A DNA stretch of 64,000 nucleotides from Candidatus Atabeyarchaeum deiterrae (lineage in GTDB: Archaea > Asgardarchaeota > Atabeyarchaeia > Atabeyarchaeales > Atabeyarchaeaceae). The position numbers were made by a program, and so were the translations under genes. The stretch's first letter is position 1; the number at the start of each line of letters is the position of its first letter. The notes below the pieces were generated by a model. That model was given only the letters and a program-made list of their open reading frames with translations, was not told the origin of the DNA and did no database searches. Positions 47,217 to 57,651 of this stretch are shown piece by piece. The stretch covers positions 224,001-288,000 of the forward strand of contig CP147780.1 of the NCBI GenBank assembly GCA_037310415.1, read 5' to 3'.

Positions 47217-47392
47217 GCGGAGGTAGCCAAACAGCGAAGAGCGCTGGGCAACGCCTGGTCAAAGGCGCAGGAATGAGGGTCCTGTTCCGTAGGGATTATG
47301 GTCCGCTCAACTAGCGGATAATCCCGAATCGAGGGTTCAAAACCCGAGGCAAAAACTCTACCTCGATGGTGAAACTCCCTTCCTCCGCACCA
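47217..47392 (+). tRNA. tRNA-Leu(GAG) with three non-canonical introns (47231-47252, 47297-47328, 47342-47375)
   Basis: Removing three BHB-like inserts gives GCGGAGGTAGCCAAGCCTGGTCAAAGGCGCAGGAATGAGGGTCCTGTTCCGTAGGGATTCGAGGGTTCAAATCCCTTCCTCCGCACCA, a class II Leu cloverleaf. Confidence 0.9.
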
Positions 47393-47640
47393 AGACTTCT
47401 CGAGAACAGGTCTGCTATACTCTTCTATGATTGCCTGAGAACACTTGTTCACGGTCTTCTCGGTCAATCGCGATAATTAGCTATTCTATTCTTTCAGATA
47501 AAGCAAGATTAATGACACTGAATAACTGTTATCTGCTGAAGATGATCATTCCATTAGAAAACTACGTTCTCGCAAATACTCCATGCGAGTTGGATACACG
47601 CAGGGAACTAGTCCAACAGATCTGAGGTGCGGGTCTCCCA

Positions 47641-49338
47641 ATGGCTTTCGAACTCAAATGTAAGGATGTCGCCGGAAGAATAGGAAAGCTCACCACAAAG
47701 ACTGGTGTGATTGAGACACCTGTCTTGCTCCCTGTTGTCAACCCTTTTGCTTCTCAAGGGATCCCCCCATCGGTTCTAGAGGGTGAATTCAAATGTGAAG
47801 CGATAATTACTAACGCATATTTGCTGTGGAAGCAGGCCCGACAAGAATCTATTCAGTTAGGCCTTCACCGACTGCTCAATTTCTCGAGAAGCATCATGAC
47901 CGATTCAGGAGCATACCAATTGCTAACGTATGGTACCGTGGAAGTCACACCGGACGAGATAATAGCTTTTGAAGAGGATATCAAGAGCGATATAGCGGTC
48001 ATCCTCGATGTGCCAACAGGGGGTCATGAGAAACGTGGGAGAGCTACTTATACAGTCGAAGAAACACTGAAACGTGCCCACGCCTGGGAAACAACAAAAA
48101 GAGAAAGTGATGTGCTTTGGGTTGGACCAGTTCAAGGGGGAACTTACTCGGATCTGGTTGAGCGTTCGGCCAAGGAAATGGGAAAAATCGGTTTTGACAT
48201 CTTTGCAATTGGTAGTCCGACGCAAATTATGGAGAATTACAGATTCGATAGACTTGTTGACTTGATAGCAACTGCTAAACTAAACCTTCCCATAGAGAAA
48301 CCCACCCACTTATTCGGCGCCGGTCATCCAGCAATGTTTTCTCTTGCGGTAGCAATGGGATGCGACATTTTTGACTCAGCTTCGTATGTCCTTTACGCCA
48401 AGAATGATCGATATATGACCAACTTTGGAACGCGAAGGCTCAACGAATTGAGGGAAAAAGTCTGCTTTTGTCCTGCATGTGAGAAATTCACACTGCATGA
48501 AATGGTAAGTCTGTCTAAGGAAGAACGGTTTAATGTTGTCTCGAAGCATAATCTTTACGTCTGCTTGAACGAGATCCGAGTAATTAAACAGTCGATTTAT
48601 GAGGGGAGACTCTGGGAACTTGTAGAGACCAGAGCCAGAACCCACCCTCAACTTCTGGAGGCACTGAAGAGGCTAAAGAAATACCGTGAATACCTCGAAA
48701 AGTATAGCCCCGTTGTCAAGACACGCGCGGTCTTCTACAGTGGCCCAGAGTCACTTACAAGACCTGAAGTAACAAGACACCTCACGAAACTCAGGTCGAT
48801 GCCAGTTCCGTCCCCTGCAGATCTTCTCATAATTCTTCCTGAGCCAGGCAAGAGACCATTTAGCAAGTCAAAAGACCAGAGGAAGTATAGAAAGATCATA
48901 CGAAGCGTCATCAATGATAGAAACGAGTTGAGAAGAGTTCACATATGCACTGTTTCAAAGTTATTCGGACTGATCCCAATGGAACTCGACGAGACCTACC
49001 CACTGGCTCAACATGAGGTTCCAAAAACGCCAGACCTAGAATCGAGGAAACTGATACTCCACACGATCAAATCCTACATCAGAAACCATAGTTACAGGGC
49101 ATTAGTGATCCATTCAGATCACAAGATGACTGGAAAAAACGCCTTAGCGAAGATACTAGACCAATGCAAGAGACTTGGATTGTACGCCGCTGCAACGCCA
49201 AAAGAATCTATGAAACCAATAAGCAGGCAGGCGCTGCGGGAATTCGCGGAAGCGGTATCAGAGGCTCATAAAGCGATAGCGGGCTCATCCCAGCAAAGCT
49301 CTATTCGGATCAAAACAGAGGAGTGGGAGACGAAGTGA
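47641..49338 (+). CDS. tgtA: Archaeosine tRNA-guanine(15) transglycosylase
   Basis: ETP.LLPV, ITNAY, MTDSGAYQL, HLFGAGHP, FDSASY and the Zn site CFCPAC..HN. Confidence 0.93.
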   Translation: MAFELKCKDVAGRIGKLTTKTGVIETPVLLPVVNPFASQGIPPSVLEGEFKCEAIITNAYLLWKQARQESIQLGLHRLLNFSRSIMTDSGAYQLLTYGTVEVTPDEIIAFEEDIKSDIAVILDVPTGGHEKRGRATYTVEETLKRAHAWETTKRESDVLWVGPVQGGTYSDLVERSAKEMGKIGFDIFAIGSPTQIMENYRFDRLVDLIATAKLNLPIEKPTHLFGAGHPAMFSLAVAMGCDIFDSASYVLYAKNDRYMTNFGTRRLNELREKVCFCPACEKFTLHEMVSLSKEERFNVVSKHNLYVCLNEIRVIKQSIYEGRLWELVETRARTHPQLLEALKRLKKYREYLEKYSPVVKTRAVFYSGPESLTRPEVTRHLTKLRSMPVPSPADLLIILPEPGKRPFSKSKDQRKYRKIIRSVINDRNELRRVHICTVSKLFGLIPMELDETYPLAQHEVPKTPDLESRKLILHTIKSYIRNHSYRALVIHSDHKMTGKNALAKILDQCKRLGLYAAATPKESMKPISRQALREFAEAVSEAHKAIAGSSQQSSIRIKTEEWETK

Positions 49339-50003
49339 AACACTTGAAACTAGACTTGCACGTTCACACTTGGTACTCCAAGGATGGCATCCACTCGCCT
49401 GAACTAGTTTTGAGATCGGCTGCTTCGAAGGGATTACATGTTGTTGCGATAACAGACCACAATACTGTCCGTGGGTCAAAAGAAGCAAGAAAGTGTAAAA
49501 CTGGCGTATTGGTAATACCTGGGATCGAGGTAGATACAAAAGAGGGTCATATCATAGGACTCGGGATTGAAGATGTCATAAAGCCATGGCTCTCCGCGGC
49601 AGAAACTGTTGATTTAATCAGAGACGCTGGGGGAACTGTTGTAATCCCCCACCCATTTGACTATATTAGACGAGGAATTGGGTCAATGGCGAAGATCCTG
49701 AAGGCAGACGCCATTGAAGTGATGAACTCCAAGACAAACACACCTCTCTCAAATACCTTCGCCAAAAGGCTGGCAAAAAAAATCAATAGCCCAATTACCG
49801 CGGGAAGCGATGCCCACCTAGCTGAGGATGTCGGAAATGCTTACATGATCATTCAGCCAAGAGAGAACCCCAACGTTAACATGATACTCAAGATGCTGAG
49901 AACGCAAAAAAGCAACACTGTGGAAATTGTAGGGAGAATAACGCCACTGAGTAGCAGGGTCAAAAAGATAGCATTACAAGCAGTAAAGAAAAGCGTTCAC
50001 TAG
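49335..50003 (+). CDS. PHP-domain metal-dependent phosphoesterase
   Basis: DLHVHT..S.DG, ITDHN, GH, PHPF and GSDAH. Confidence 0.9.
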   Translation: MKHLKLDLHVHTWYSKDGIHSPELVLRSAASKGLHVVAITDHNTVRGSKEARKCKTGVLVIPGIEVDTKEGHIIGLGIEDVIKPWLSAAETVDLIRDAGGTVVIPHPFDYIRRGIGSMAKILKADAIEVMNSKTNTPLSNTFAKRLAKKINSPITAGSDAHLAEDVGNAYMIIQPRENPNVNMILKMLRTQKSNTVEIVGRITPLSSRVKKIALQAVKKSVH

Positions 50004-50015
50004 CTAAGAAAGCCC

Positions 50016-51248
50016 TCACATTTTTCTAAGTCCCAGATCTATCTCACCGTTTCTCTTCTTCTGTTGCTGTTGAAGCGTGCCGCTTCTTGCTACACTAAGA
50101 TCGCCAACTCGCACATCACGTCTCTTGAGATCTTCTATCCTGCCAGTAGTTTCGATCATGCTCTCCTCCACATCGACTCCAAGCTCCCTCATCTCGGCAA
50201 GCTCATGGAATCCTGCCTGGAATCCGGTGAGATCGGCGTCCGGACCAAGAACTGAATCTCCTTTAATCCCAGTCAACACCAATATCGTTCGAATTATCCC
50301 ATTGAGAGTTGGAGTGACTCTTGCACCCCAGATGACTTTAGAGCTTGGAGCCATCCTGCTAGTAACAAGTTCAGCAACATGGGTAGCCTCGGAAAGAGTC
50401 ATATCGGGGCCACCTGACACATGAACCAACGCACCAGTAGCACCATTGATGTCGATCGATAACAGATGATTGTTCAGCGCCTCGTTGACTGACCTCTCAG
50501 CTCTATTCTCCCCTTCAGCCTCACCTATGCCTATTATTGCCACTCCACCTATGCCCATGATCGACTTGATGTCAGCGAAGTCGAGGTTAATCAATGATGG
50601 GAGCTTAATTGTCTCGGTTATCCCCTTGACCATAGTCGCCAGGACTTCATCAGCCACAGCGAAAGCCTCTTCAATTGGGTAGTCTGGCGCGACCTCCAAC
50701 AACTTGTTGTTGTCCACGACGACAACAGTGTCAACGTGTTCCCGCAGCTTGCTGAGCCCTTCACGAGCCCTCGCGTTCCTGAGCTCACCCTCAACCCCAA
50801 AAGGTAAAGTGACAACGCCAATTACTATTGCGCCGATCTGCTTCGCGACTTCAGCGACAATAGGAGCCCCACCTGTACCTGTCCCGCCGCCCAGTCCACA
50901 GGTAACGAAGACCATGTCAGCGCCCTCCAGCGCTTGAGACAAGATCATTCGACTTTCCTCAGCCGCGACGGCACCCAACTCAGGATCTCCCCCTGCGCCG
51001 AGACCCCGAGTGGTCTTCTCCCCGATCAGTATCTTTCTATGAGCCGGAACCGAATCCAGGTGTTGTTTGTCCGTATTAACGGCTATGCACTCGGCCCCTT
51101 GAATGCCGAGATGCATCATTCTCTTGACAGTGTTGTTCCCGCCACCACCGATACCAAGGATTATGATAACAGCTTTGCCAGGTTCCCGAATGTTGGCTGA
51201 TCTCTCTTCTTTCGCATGTTTGATGGCGTTCTGGATAATCGACTTCAT
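50016..51248 (-). CDS. ftsZ: Cell division protein FtsZ
   Basis: GIGGGGNN, NTD, GLGAGGDP, GGGTGTG and the T7 loop LINLDFAD. Confidence 0.96.
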   Translation of the reverse strand: MKSIIQNAIKHAKEERSANIREPGKAVIIILGIGGGGNNTVKRMMHLGIQGAECIAVNTDKQHLDSVPAHRKILIGEKTTRGLGAGGDPELGAVAAEESRMILSQALEGADMVFVTCGLGGGTGTGGAPIVAEVAKQIGAIVIGVVTLPFGVEGELRNARAREGLSKLREHVDTVVVVDNNKLLEVAPDYPIEEAFAVADEVLATMVKGITETIKLPSLINLDFADIKSIMGIGGVAIIGIGEAEGENRAERSVNEALNNHLLSIDINGATGALVHVSGGPDMTLSEATHVAELVTSRMAPSSKVIWGARVTPTLNGIIRTILVLTGIKGDSVLGPDADLTGFQAGFHELAEMRELGVDVEESMIETTGRIEDLKRRDVRVGDLSVARSGTLQQQQKKRNGEIDLGLRKM

Positions 51249-51299
51249 TGGCCCCCATTCCTTAACGTGATTGAACCCATCTTCTCACGTGAGACCTAG

Positions 51300-51488
51300 T
51301 CACCTTAAACTACTACCAGCAGAGATAGATGGACGCTCCCACAACTCATTCTTCAGCAAATCCCTTACTGCGATCCTAATTGCCTCTGAACGGTTAGGGT
51401 ATATTCTAGACCTAACAAGTTCCTCAATGCCTTCCAAGAAGGCTTCAGGAAGGTGTATTGTAACGAGTTTTAGACCTCTATGTTCCAT
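51300..51488 (-). CDS. cdrS: Ribbon-helix-helix regulator, CdrS-like
   Basis: LVTIHLP...IEELV....PNRSEAIR.AVRDLL, directly upstream of ftsZ. Confidence 0.8.
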   Translation of the reverse strand: MEHRGLKLVTIHLPEAFLEGIEELVRSRIYPNRSEAIRIAVRDLLKNELWERPSISAGSSLR

Positions 51489-51899
51489 GATTACACTCAC
51501 CCCACATCAATAAGGGTAGTCCCTGCATATAAGCTTAGGTAATCTCAGCGACATACAGAGGTATTACACCTTGCCATCTCTTTATAACATTAACTATTCT
51601 CTGGCTTAATGCAGAAAATCTTGGGTTCAGATCTGGACAGAAAAGTGCTGCTTCACAGGAATGCAGTTCTGAACGCCGATCGATGTGCCCACCTGGTCTT
51701 TCTCACAGAATTCTCCGCTTGAAAATAGTTGATAATCTGGGAATAGTTGTTCCCAGATTTGGGGTTATTTCCATTGGCATAAGATATGGGACGGAACTTG
51801 GCGTTGGTATAGAGGTGAGAACGCCAGAAGAAGAACCAGTGAGGATGAGAACGGGAAGCACCATCATGCAACCAAACCGTCGGGTTAACAATGGAGCTT

Positions 51900-52208
51900 T
51901 CATCCACCCGATATTGGAGGGAGTATCGCTATCACGTCATTGTCCCTAACCATAGTGTTCAGGTTTTCAAGGTTTCTTATGCTCTGCCCGTTGATCATTA
52001 TTGACACCTGAGATCTCGTCGATTTGCAGTCACGTCCTTCGAACATGTAGTCTCTGAATTCCTTCCCGAGCGCTTTTGAGAGGTCTTCAAGGATCTCAAG
52101 TACCGTTGTCTTCTTCCTTGGTAACCGTACTTTCATCTCCCTTTTTCCAGCTATGTCTCTAAGGGCTGCGAAGAATTTCACTGTTGCGGTTTCCATCATC
52201 TTCACCAT
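51900..52208 (-). CDS. Ubiquitin-like SAMP/MoaD sulfur carrier
   Basis: VKFFA.LRD.AG, ING and a C-terminal LPPISGG. Confidence 0.92.
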   Translation of the reverse strand: MVKMMETATVKFFAALRDIAGKREMKVRLPRKKTTVLEILEDLSKALGKEFRDYMFEGRDCKSTRSQVSIMINGQSIRNLENLNTMVRDNDVIAILPPISGG

Positions 52209-52231
52209 TACTGCCCAGTTTCAATATTCAC

Positions 52232-53791
52232 CTATTCGGGTGTCTTCTTTCTCTTTTTGTTAAGCATACGCCATGTTAGGCAAAGTGTTCTCGGATGAGC
52301 TGCTTTCGGTTCATCTAGTCTTCTTCTCGATGTGTTGAAGGGTGCTTCGTGAAGCTTTTGCGGGCAGCTGTGGGCCTCTTTCACTGTTTCCTCTATTACT
52401 TCTACGAAGTTGTCAAGGTCTTCCCTGGTTGCTGATTCTGTGGGCTCCACCATCAGTGCTTCATCGACTATTGAAGGGAAGTATATGGTAGGTGCATGAA
52501 TCCCATGGTCTAGGAGGTTCTTTGCGACGTCTAGGGTTGTGACTCCCGTTTCCTGCTTGAGTTTCGCCCCGCTAAGGACTGATTCATGCTTCCTAGGTTT
52601 TGCGTCCAACGGCGGTTTCAATGTCAGCAGTCTTGAGAGTCCCGAAGCAAGGTAATTGCTATTTAGCACGGCAATATCACCTGCGGTGGATAGACCCTCC
52701 GCGCCCATCGTAAGGATGTATGTGAATGCCCTTACCAGAACTCCGAAGTTTCCGTAGAATCCTTTCATTTTTCCTATTGATTGAGGACGGTTATAGTCGA
52801 GAAAATAGCGCCCTTCTTGAAATTCGACTGTTGGAATCGGTAGGAATTTCTCAAGTGGTTGGGTAACACCTACTGGCCCCGCTCCTGGTCCGCCTCCGCC
52901 ATGCGGTGTAGAGAAGGTTTTGTGAAGGTTCATGTGAACTATGTCAAATCCCATGTCGCCTGGACGAATTCTTCCAAGAATCGCGTTTAGATTTGCTCCG
53001 TCGTAGTGCAGTAATCCTCCAGCTTCGTGGACTACTTCGACTATCTCTTCAATGTCTTCCTCGAATAGCCCCAAGGTGTTCGGGTTGGTGATCATTAGCC
53101 CCGCAGTCTTCTCTGACACCGCCTGTCTTAGTGCTTCTACGTTCATACATCCATTCTCGTTAGATGGAATTGTTATTACGTCAAAGCCACCCATTGCCGC
53201 ACTCGCGGGGTTTGATCCGTGTGCCGAGTCCGGTATTAGCATTTCAGTTCTTCTGTCAAGCTCGCCGTTGAGTTTGTGGTATGCTCTAATTGTTCGGATT
53301 CCCGTAAATTCCCCATGCGCACCGGCTGCGGGCTGAAGAGTCACTCGACTCATCCCCGTTATCTCGGCGAGCCACTTCTCCAACTTGTACATTATTTCCA
53401 AGGCACCTTGAACCGTGTCTGGATCTTGGTACGGGTGTATCTCTCTTAATTTCTCTAGACCAGCCACGACTTCATTGATCTTCGGGTTATATTTCATTGT
53501 GCAGGAGCCAAGTGGGTAGAACCCGCAGTCTACGCCGTATGTCATTTGTGATAAACGGGTGAAGTGCCTTACGACCTCAACTTCAGAAAGCTGTGGCAAC
53601 TGCGGCGGTGTCTTTCTGCGCATCGTTGGTGGAACTAGCGTGTCAACTTCGCCTACTAGCTTTCCTATTTCTTCGGGGATCTGAGGTACCTTGAAACCAG
53701 TTCTTCCATCACCACCAAGATCGAATATCAAGGGTTCACACCATTTTGCCTGTCTGAATCCACTTCGGTTTCCCGTCATGACGATCACCAA
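52232..53791 (-). CDS. gcvPB: Glycine dehydrogenase subunit 2
   Basis: PLGSCTMKYNP, QPAAGAHGE, SAHGSNPASA and NLHKTFSTPHGGGGPG. Confidence 0.96.
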   Translation of the reverse strand: MVIVMTGNRSGFRQAKWCEPLIFDLGGDGRTGFKVPQIPEEIGKLVGEVDTLVPPTMRRKTPPQLPQLSEVEVVRHFTRLSQMTYGVDCGFYPLGSCTMKYNPKINEVVAGLEKLREIHPYQDPDTVQGALEIMYKLEKWLAEITGMSRVTLQPAAGAHGEFTGIRTIRAYHKLNGELDRRTEMLIPDSAHGSNPASAAMGGFDVITIPSNENGCMNVEALRQAVSEKTAGLMITNPNTLGLFEEDIEEIVEVVHEAGGLLHYDGANLNAILGRIRPGDMGFDIVHMNLHKTFSTPHGGGGPGAGPVGVTQPLEKFLPIPTVEFQEGRYFLDYNRPQSIGKMKGFYGNFGVLVRAFTYILTMGAEGLSTAGDIAVLNSNYLASGLSRLLTLKPPLDAKPRKHESVLSGAKLKQETGVTTLDVAKNLLDHGIHAPTIYFPSIVDEALMVEPTESATREDLDNFVEVIEETVKEAHSCPQKLHEAPFNTSRRRLDEPKAAHPRTLCLTWRMLNKKRKKTPE

Positions 53792-53843
53792 GAGGTTTTC
53801 TTATTCTCGTATCCTAGTATCCTCAGTTTTGATGCTGCTCCTG

Positions 53844-55253
53844 TTACTGCTCCGCTTCCATGATTTCCTCAGCAGCAAGTATCAGTTTGTCTATATCTTC
53901 TTTCGAGTGTGTCTCTGTTACACAGAGTAGCGCAGTGTTTCCAAGCTCTGGGAACTCACTGTCGATTGGGTGCCCTCCCTGTATTCCTCGATTCAGTAGC
54001 TCCTTGTTGAAAGTGTGAATGGACTTTCTTGACTCATCAATATTAACAGTGAACTCCTTGAAGTGTGAAGACTTGAAAACCGGAGTTCTTAAGCCCTTGA
54101 CCCTGCTGAGTTTCCTGATTGAATAGTTCGTTTGTGTAAGAATTGTTTCGCCAACTTCTCTGATTCCTCTTGCCCCTAGAAGGGAACAGTAGATTAGCGC
54201 GGCTAAGGCACAGAGCGCTTCATTGCTTGTGATATTTGAAGTTGCTTTCTCTCTTCTTATGTGCTGTTCCCTGGTCTGCAGAGTCAGCACAAATCCAGTC
54301 TCATTTCCGTCCAGTGTAGTAGTCAGACCAGTTATTCGCCCCGGCATCTGTCTCATCATTTTCTGGTCATCTCTGCAGCTGAATATCCCGAGAAGCGGTC
54401 CACCAAAATTCATGTGGTTTCCAAGAGGTTGGCCTTCTCCAATGGCCACGTCAGCGCCATAGTCTCCCGGAGGGCGAATAACCCCAAGCGATATTGGGTC
54501 TACCCCTGCAATGAACAGACTCCCTTTCTCATGGGCTATTCTTGAAATCTCGTCAGCTTGTTCCTCAATGAATCCAAGATAGGACGGGATTTCAACGTAG
54601 ACTGCTGCTACGTCGTCTGAAGATTTGTCTCTCAGCTTCTGGAGAGAGAGTTGCCCACTTTCTTTGTCACAGGGTATTCTGTGTATCTTCATACCCGAGG
54701 CTTCTGTGTATGATTCAAGTACCTTGAGTCTATCCGGGTGGATTACGTATGGGACTAGAATATTGTTTCTCTGCGTCACCCTCTTTGCCAGCAAGGCTGC
54801 TTCTCCAAGCGCAGTGGACCAATCATAAAGAGAGCTATTGACTACATCCATGTCCAGTAGCTCTGCAATGACACTTTGGTATTCGAAAAGGGCTTGCAAC
54901 ATTCCCTGTGATATCTCAGCTTGGTATGGTGTATATGACGTCAAGAACTCGCCGCGGCTAACGATGGCATCTACTACTGCAGGCACGTAGTGAGGCCAGA
55001 CTCCCGCCCCAAGAAAAGTCTGCATCTCGCGTGTGCTTTTGTTCTTCTGGACTATTGACTGCACGGTGCGGAGGACTTCAATTTCGGATTGTGGAATCGG
55101 CAATCCCTTGAGTTCATGCCTGGGGATCCTCTGAGATATGTCTCGGTATAGCTCATCCATTCTGTTGATACCCATCTTCTTTAGCATATCTTCAACAGCT
55201 TTCTTGGAAGAGTTTGGGACATAAGGATTTGAGTTATCGTTCATGTTATTCAC
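53844..55253 (-). CDS. gcvPA: Glycine dehydrogenase subunit 1
   Basis: FLGAG..HYVP, YTPYQAEISQG, FGGP.LG and TREQHIRREKATSNI. Confidence 0.96.
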   Translation of the reverse strand: MNNMNDNSNPYVPNSSKKAVEDMLKKMGINRMDELYRDISQRIPRHELKGLPIPQSEIEVLRTVQSIVQKNKSTREMQTFLGAGVWPHYVPAVVDAIVSRGEFLTSYTPYQAEISQGMLQALFEYQSVIAELLDMDVVNSSLYDWSTALGEAALLAKRVTQRNNILVPYVIHPDRLKVLESYTEASGMKIHRIPCDKESGQLSLQKLRDKSSDDVAAVYVEIPSYLGFIEEQADEISRIAHEKGSLFIAGVDPISLGVIRPPGDYGADVAIGEGQPLGNHMNFGGPLLGIFSCRDDQKMMRQMPGRITGLTTTLDGNETGFVLTLQTREQHIRREKATSNITSNEALCALAALIYCSLLGARGIREVGETILTQTNYSIRKLSRVKGLRTPVFKSSHFKEFTVNIDESRKSIHTFNKELLNRGIQGGHPIDSEFPELGNTALLCVTETHSKEDIDKLILAAEEIMEAEQ

Positions 55254-55546
55254 GCACCTACTCTTGCCTACCTAGTCTTGGACCACCTTGCTTGGACGTC
55301 ATTTTGACGAGAATGTCAGCAACTGATCATGATACTCAGCATGATCATCGTGGTTTTTCTCGTATTCTAAATTGCTCCGTCATCTTAACGACTTTATTGC
55401 TAGTTGGTTCTTAAGTGTTATCAGTTAATGACTCACTTCAATCGCGTCTTGACATAGAGACTAGGCATTTATGTTTGCAGTGCAAAAAGCTTATTAAGTA
55501 ACTTCTCTTCAAATGAATTCTACTAACACGTGGTGGGTTTGCAGGG

Positions 55547-57337
55547 TTGAGAAGTAAAAGCTCCAGAACACTTTTGCTTGCCTCGCTGGTGTTGTGTCTA
55601 GTCACATTCTCTTGCATAGGGCATGCTGCTGTGATACCCACTTCTAGCCTCGCTACAAACAGTCCGTATCATAATGTCGATTCTGGAAATTACGCATTGT
55701 TTTCCCAGCGTGGACCTGTACCTCCCGACGAAAACGCGTCACTGCGCAATACTCATGTGGATCGAGTAATAAGCGTAGGAGACTACGGTCTTGTGACCGT
55801 GACGGATACTGTCAATGTCACCAATGTAGGAAGCTCAGTAGCGACTTCCTGGGTGTTTTACCTTCAACCCGATGTTTTTGGCAAACTGACGTACATTGCG
55901 GCATCTGCTGGAGGAACCAGCTTGGACGTGGTTGCAGCCCAGACTTTCTCGTCTTTCATTGGTATGAAGGTAAGATTAGTAGGGTTGCCTAGTGGCGGAC
56001 TCGCACCGGGCGCGTCCATCGAAATCAGTTTGGTTCAGGAGTTTTATGGACTGGTTAGAATATCATCTGGGAGCCTAGCACTGTACTACTACAAGTTCAT
56101 TGTCTCACCATACTTCACTACAATGCACAACACAACTCTCGAAGCTCCTTCTGTCGCTACTGCATTCTCTGGAGGTTCTGTATCACCTTTCAACTCTACC
56201 TTGCTAGGTACTTCCTCGGATGGTGGTTACACTATAACCGCTACTACATCCTTGATTGACGTAATCAGCATTGACCGCAGTGTTGTGCTCGACATTGGAG
56301 GCTATCTCACAACAACCGAAACACACCATGTGAAGAACCTTGGACCAAATTCCTTGCAGATTATCAATTTTACGATTCCGATTACCGAGATCAACGCGAG
56401 CCTGGAAGTTCGTGACAACTCAGGCAAACTACCGGCAACGGTAGTCGGAAATCTAGTCACGGCCCAATTCCCATACCCGGTACCAGAGAACAGTACATAC
56501 ACCTATCAAGTTACCTACAAGACACTGACAGTTGATTACAGAACTGTTGAAGGTGGACTTGAGGTCATCACAATGAGTCCCGTCACCGTGTACGGAGGTA
56601 TTGTGGATTTGGAGACAGTCTCTGTGACTTTGACGCCTGACGCAATTTTGTTTTCAGCTGGCCCAGCAGCCAATCATTACACTGTGACCAGTGGCAATAG
56701 TATAGTGATTTCCTTCACATTCAGGAACGTTACAATCCTGAATACGGGGAACATCGAATTTCGATTTGCTGAGAGTCTTGCCCAGACTCTCGCCCGTCCA
56801 ATTCTATTCACCCTAGGGGTCTACATAATAGGAATAATCTATGTAGCGATCAGAAGACTCCGTCGCAAGGCAGCTCCAGGAGGAGTCAAAAGAGAAGGTA
56901 TTGCAAAGGAACGTGAGCTTGCAGGAGCAATAAATGATTTCTGCACAGACTACGAGGAGAAAGTTGCTCTCACACTGGAAATAGAGGAACTTGGGAAAGA
57001 CAGAAGCAAGGGCAGAGTCAGCAAAAGAGCCTATGTGGAGAGAATGAATGTTGCCAGGAGACGACTCGCCATGCTTATGAATCGTCTCAGTGAACAAAAA
57101 GTGAAAATATCTGCGGTAAGCAGGAGGTATGCGACCATGATCAAGCAACTTGACACGTACGACGAAGAGCGGGAGAGCGCCAGAGCAAGCCTGGAGAATC
57201 TGGAGTTTAGAAGGCGACAAGGCAAAGTCTCAGGTGACGTGTATAACCGCCTCAAATATGATATCACAAAGAAGATTGAGAAAGCCACATCAGGAATCGA
57301 CAGGACAATAGTCGAATTACGACAGGAAGCCGTTTAG
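55547..57337 (+). CDS. Ribophorin-I-like type I membrane protein
   Basis: Signal peptide, two repeated beta modules (VDRVISVGDYG.V.V.D / IDRSVVLDIGG.L...E), RPI + TM helix and a cytosolic coiled-coil tail. Confidence 0.7.
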   Translation: MRSKSSRTLLLASLVLCLVTFSCIGHAAVIPTSSLATNSPYHNVDSGNYALFSQRGPVPPDENASLRNTHVDRVISVGDYGLVTVTDTVNVTNVGSSVATSWVFYLQPDVFGKLTYIAASAGGTSLDVVAAQTFSSFIGMKVRLVGLPSGGLAPGASIEISLVQEFYGLVRISSGSLALYYYKFIVSPYFTTMHNTTLEAPSVATAFSGGSVSPFNSTLLGTSSDGGYTITATTSLIDVISIDRSVVLDIGGYLTTTETHHVKNLGPNSLQIINFTIPITEINASLEVRDNSGKLPATVVGNLVTAQFPYPVPENSTYTYQVTYKTLTVDYRTVEGGLEVITMSPVTVYGGIVDLETVSVTLTPDAILFSAGPAANHYTVTSGNSIVISFTFRNVTILNTGNIEFRFAESLAQTLARPILFTLGVYIIGIIYVAIRRLRRKAAPGGVKREGIAKERELAGAINDFCTDYEEKVALTLEIEELGKDRSKGRVSKRAYVERMNVARRRLAMLMNRLSEQKVKISAVSRRYATMIKQLDTYDEERESARASLENLEFRRRQGKVSGDVYNRLKYDITKKIEKATSGIDRTIVELRQEAV

Positions 57338-57462
57338 AAACGCGTCCAAGGAACAGATGTTGTTTAACTAAAAAGATGTCAGAAAAAGTTTTTAACCACC
57401 GACCTTTAGTCTCTTTCTCGTTGCATCTATCATACTTCAGCCAATAGGAGGTAATTGACACA

Positions 57463-57651
57463 ATGCCAAAAGTCAATGTTGACAACGACAAATGCACTGG
57501 TTGCGGAACATGCGTCGATGTGTGTCCCCAAACAGTCTTCGAGCTTGATAACGAAGCAGGTAAGACAAAAGTCATAAACGAGGGCGAATGCTTAGCATGC
57601 AGAGCATGCGAGTCCCAGTGCGAGAATCAGGCGATCAACATAGAAGAGTAA
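57463..57651 (+). CDS. [4Fe-4S] dicluster ferredoxin
   Basis: CTGCGTCVDVCP and CLACRACESQC; GGAGG upstream. Confidence 0.93.
   Translation: MPKVNVDNDKCTGCGTCVDVCPQTVFELDNEAGKTKVINEGECLACRACESQCENQAINIEE

Noticed and set aside
51653-51949. Three overlapping ORFs downstream of the SAMP gene, one with faint AbrB-like spacing
   Set aside because: I cannot tell which frame, if any, is real; there is no convincing motif.
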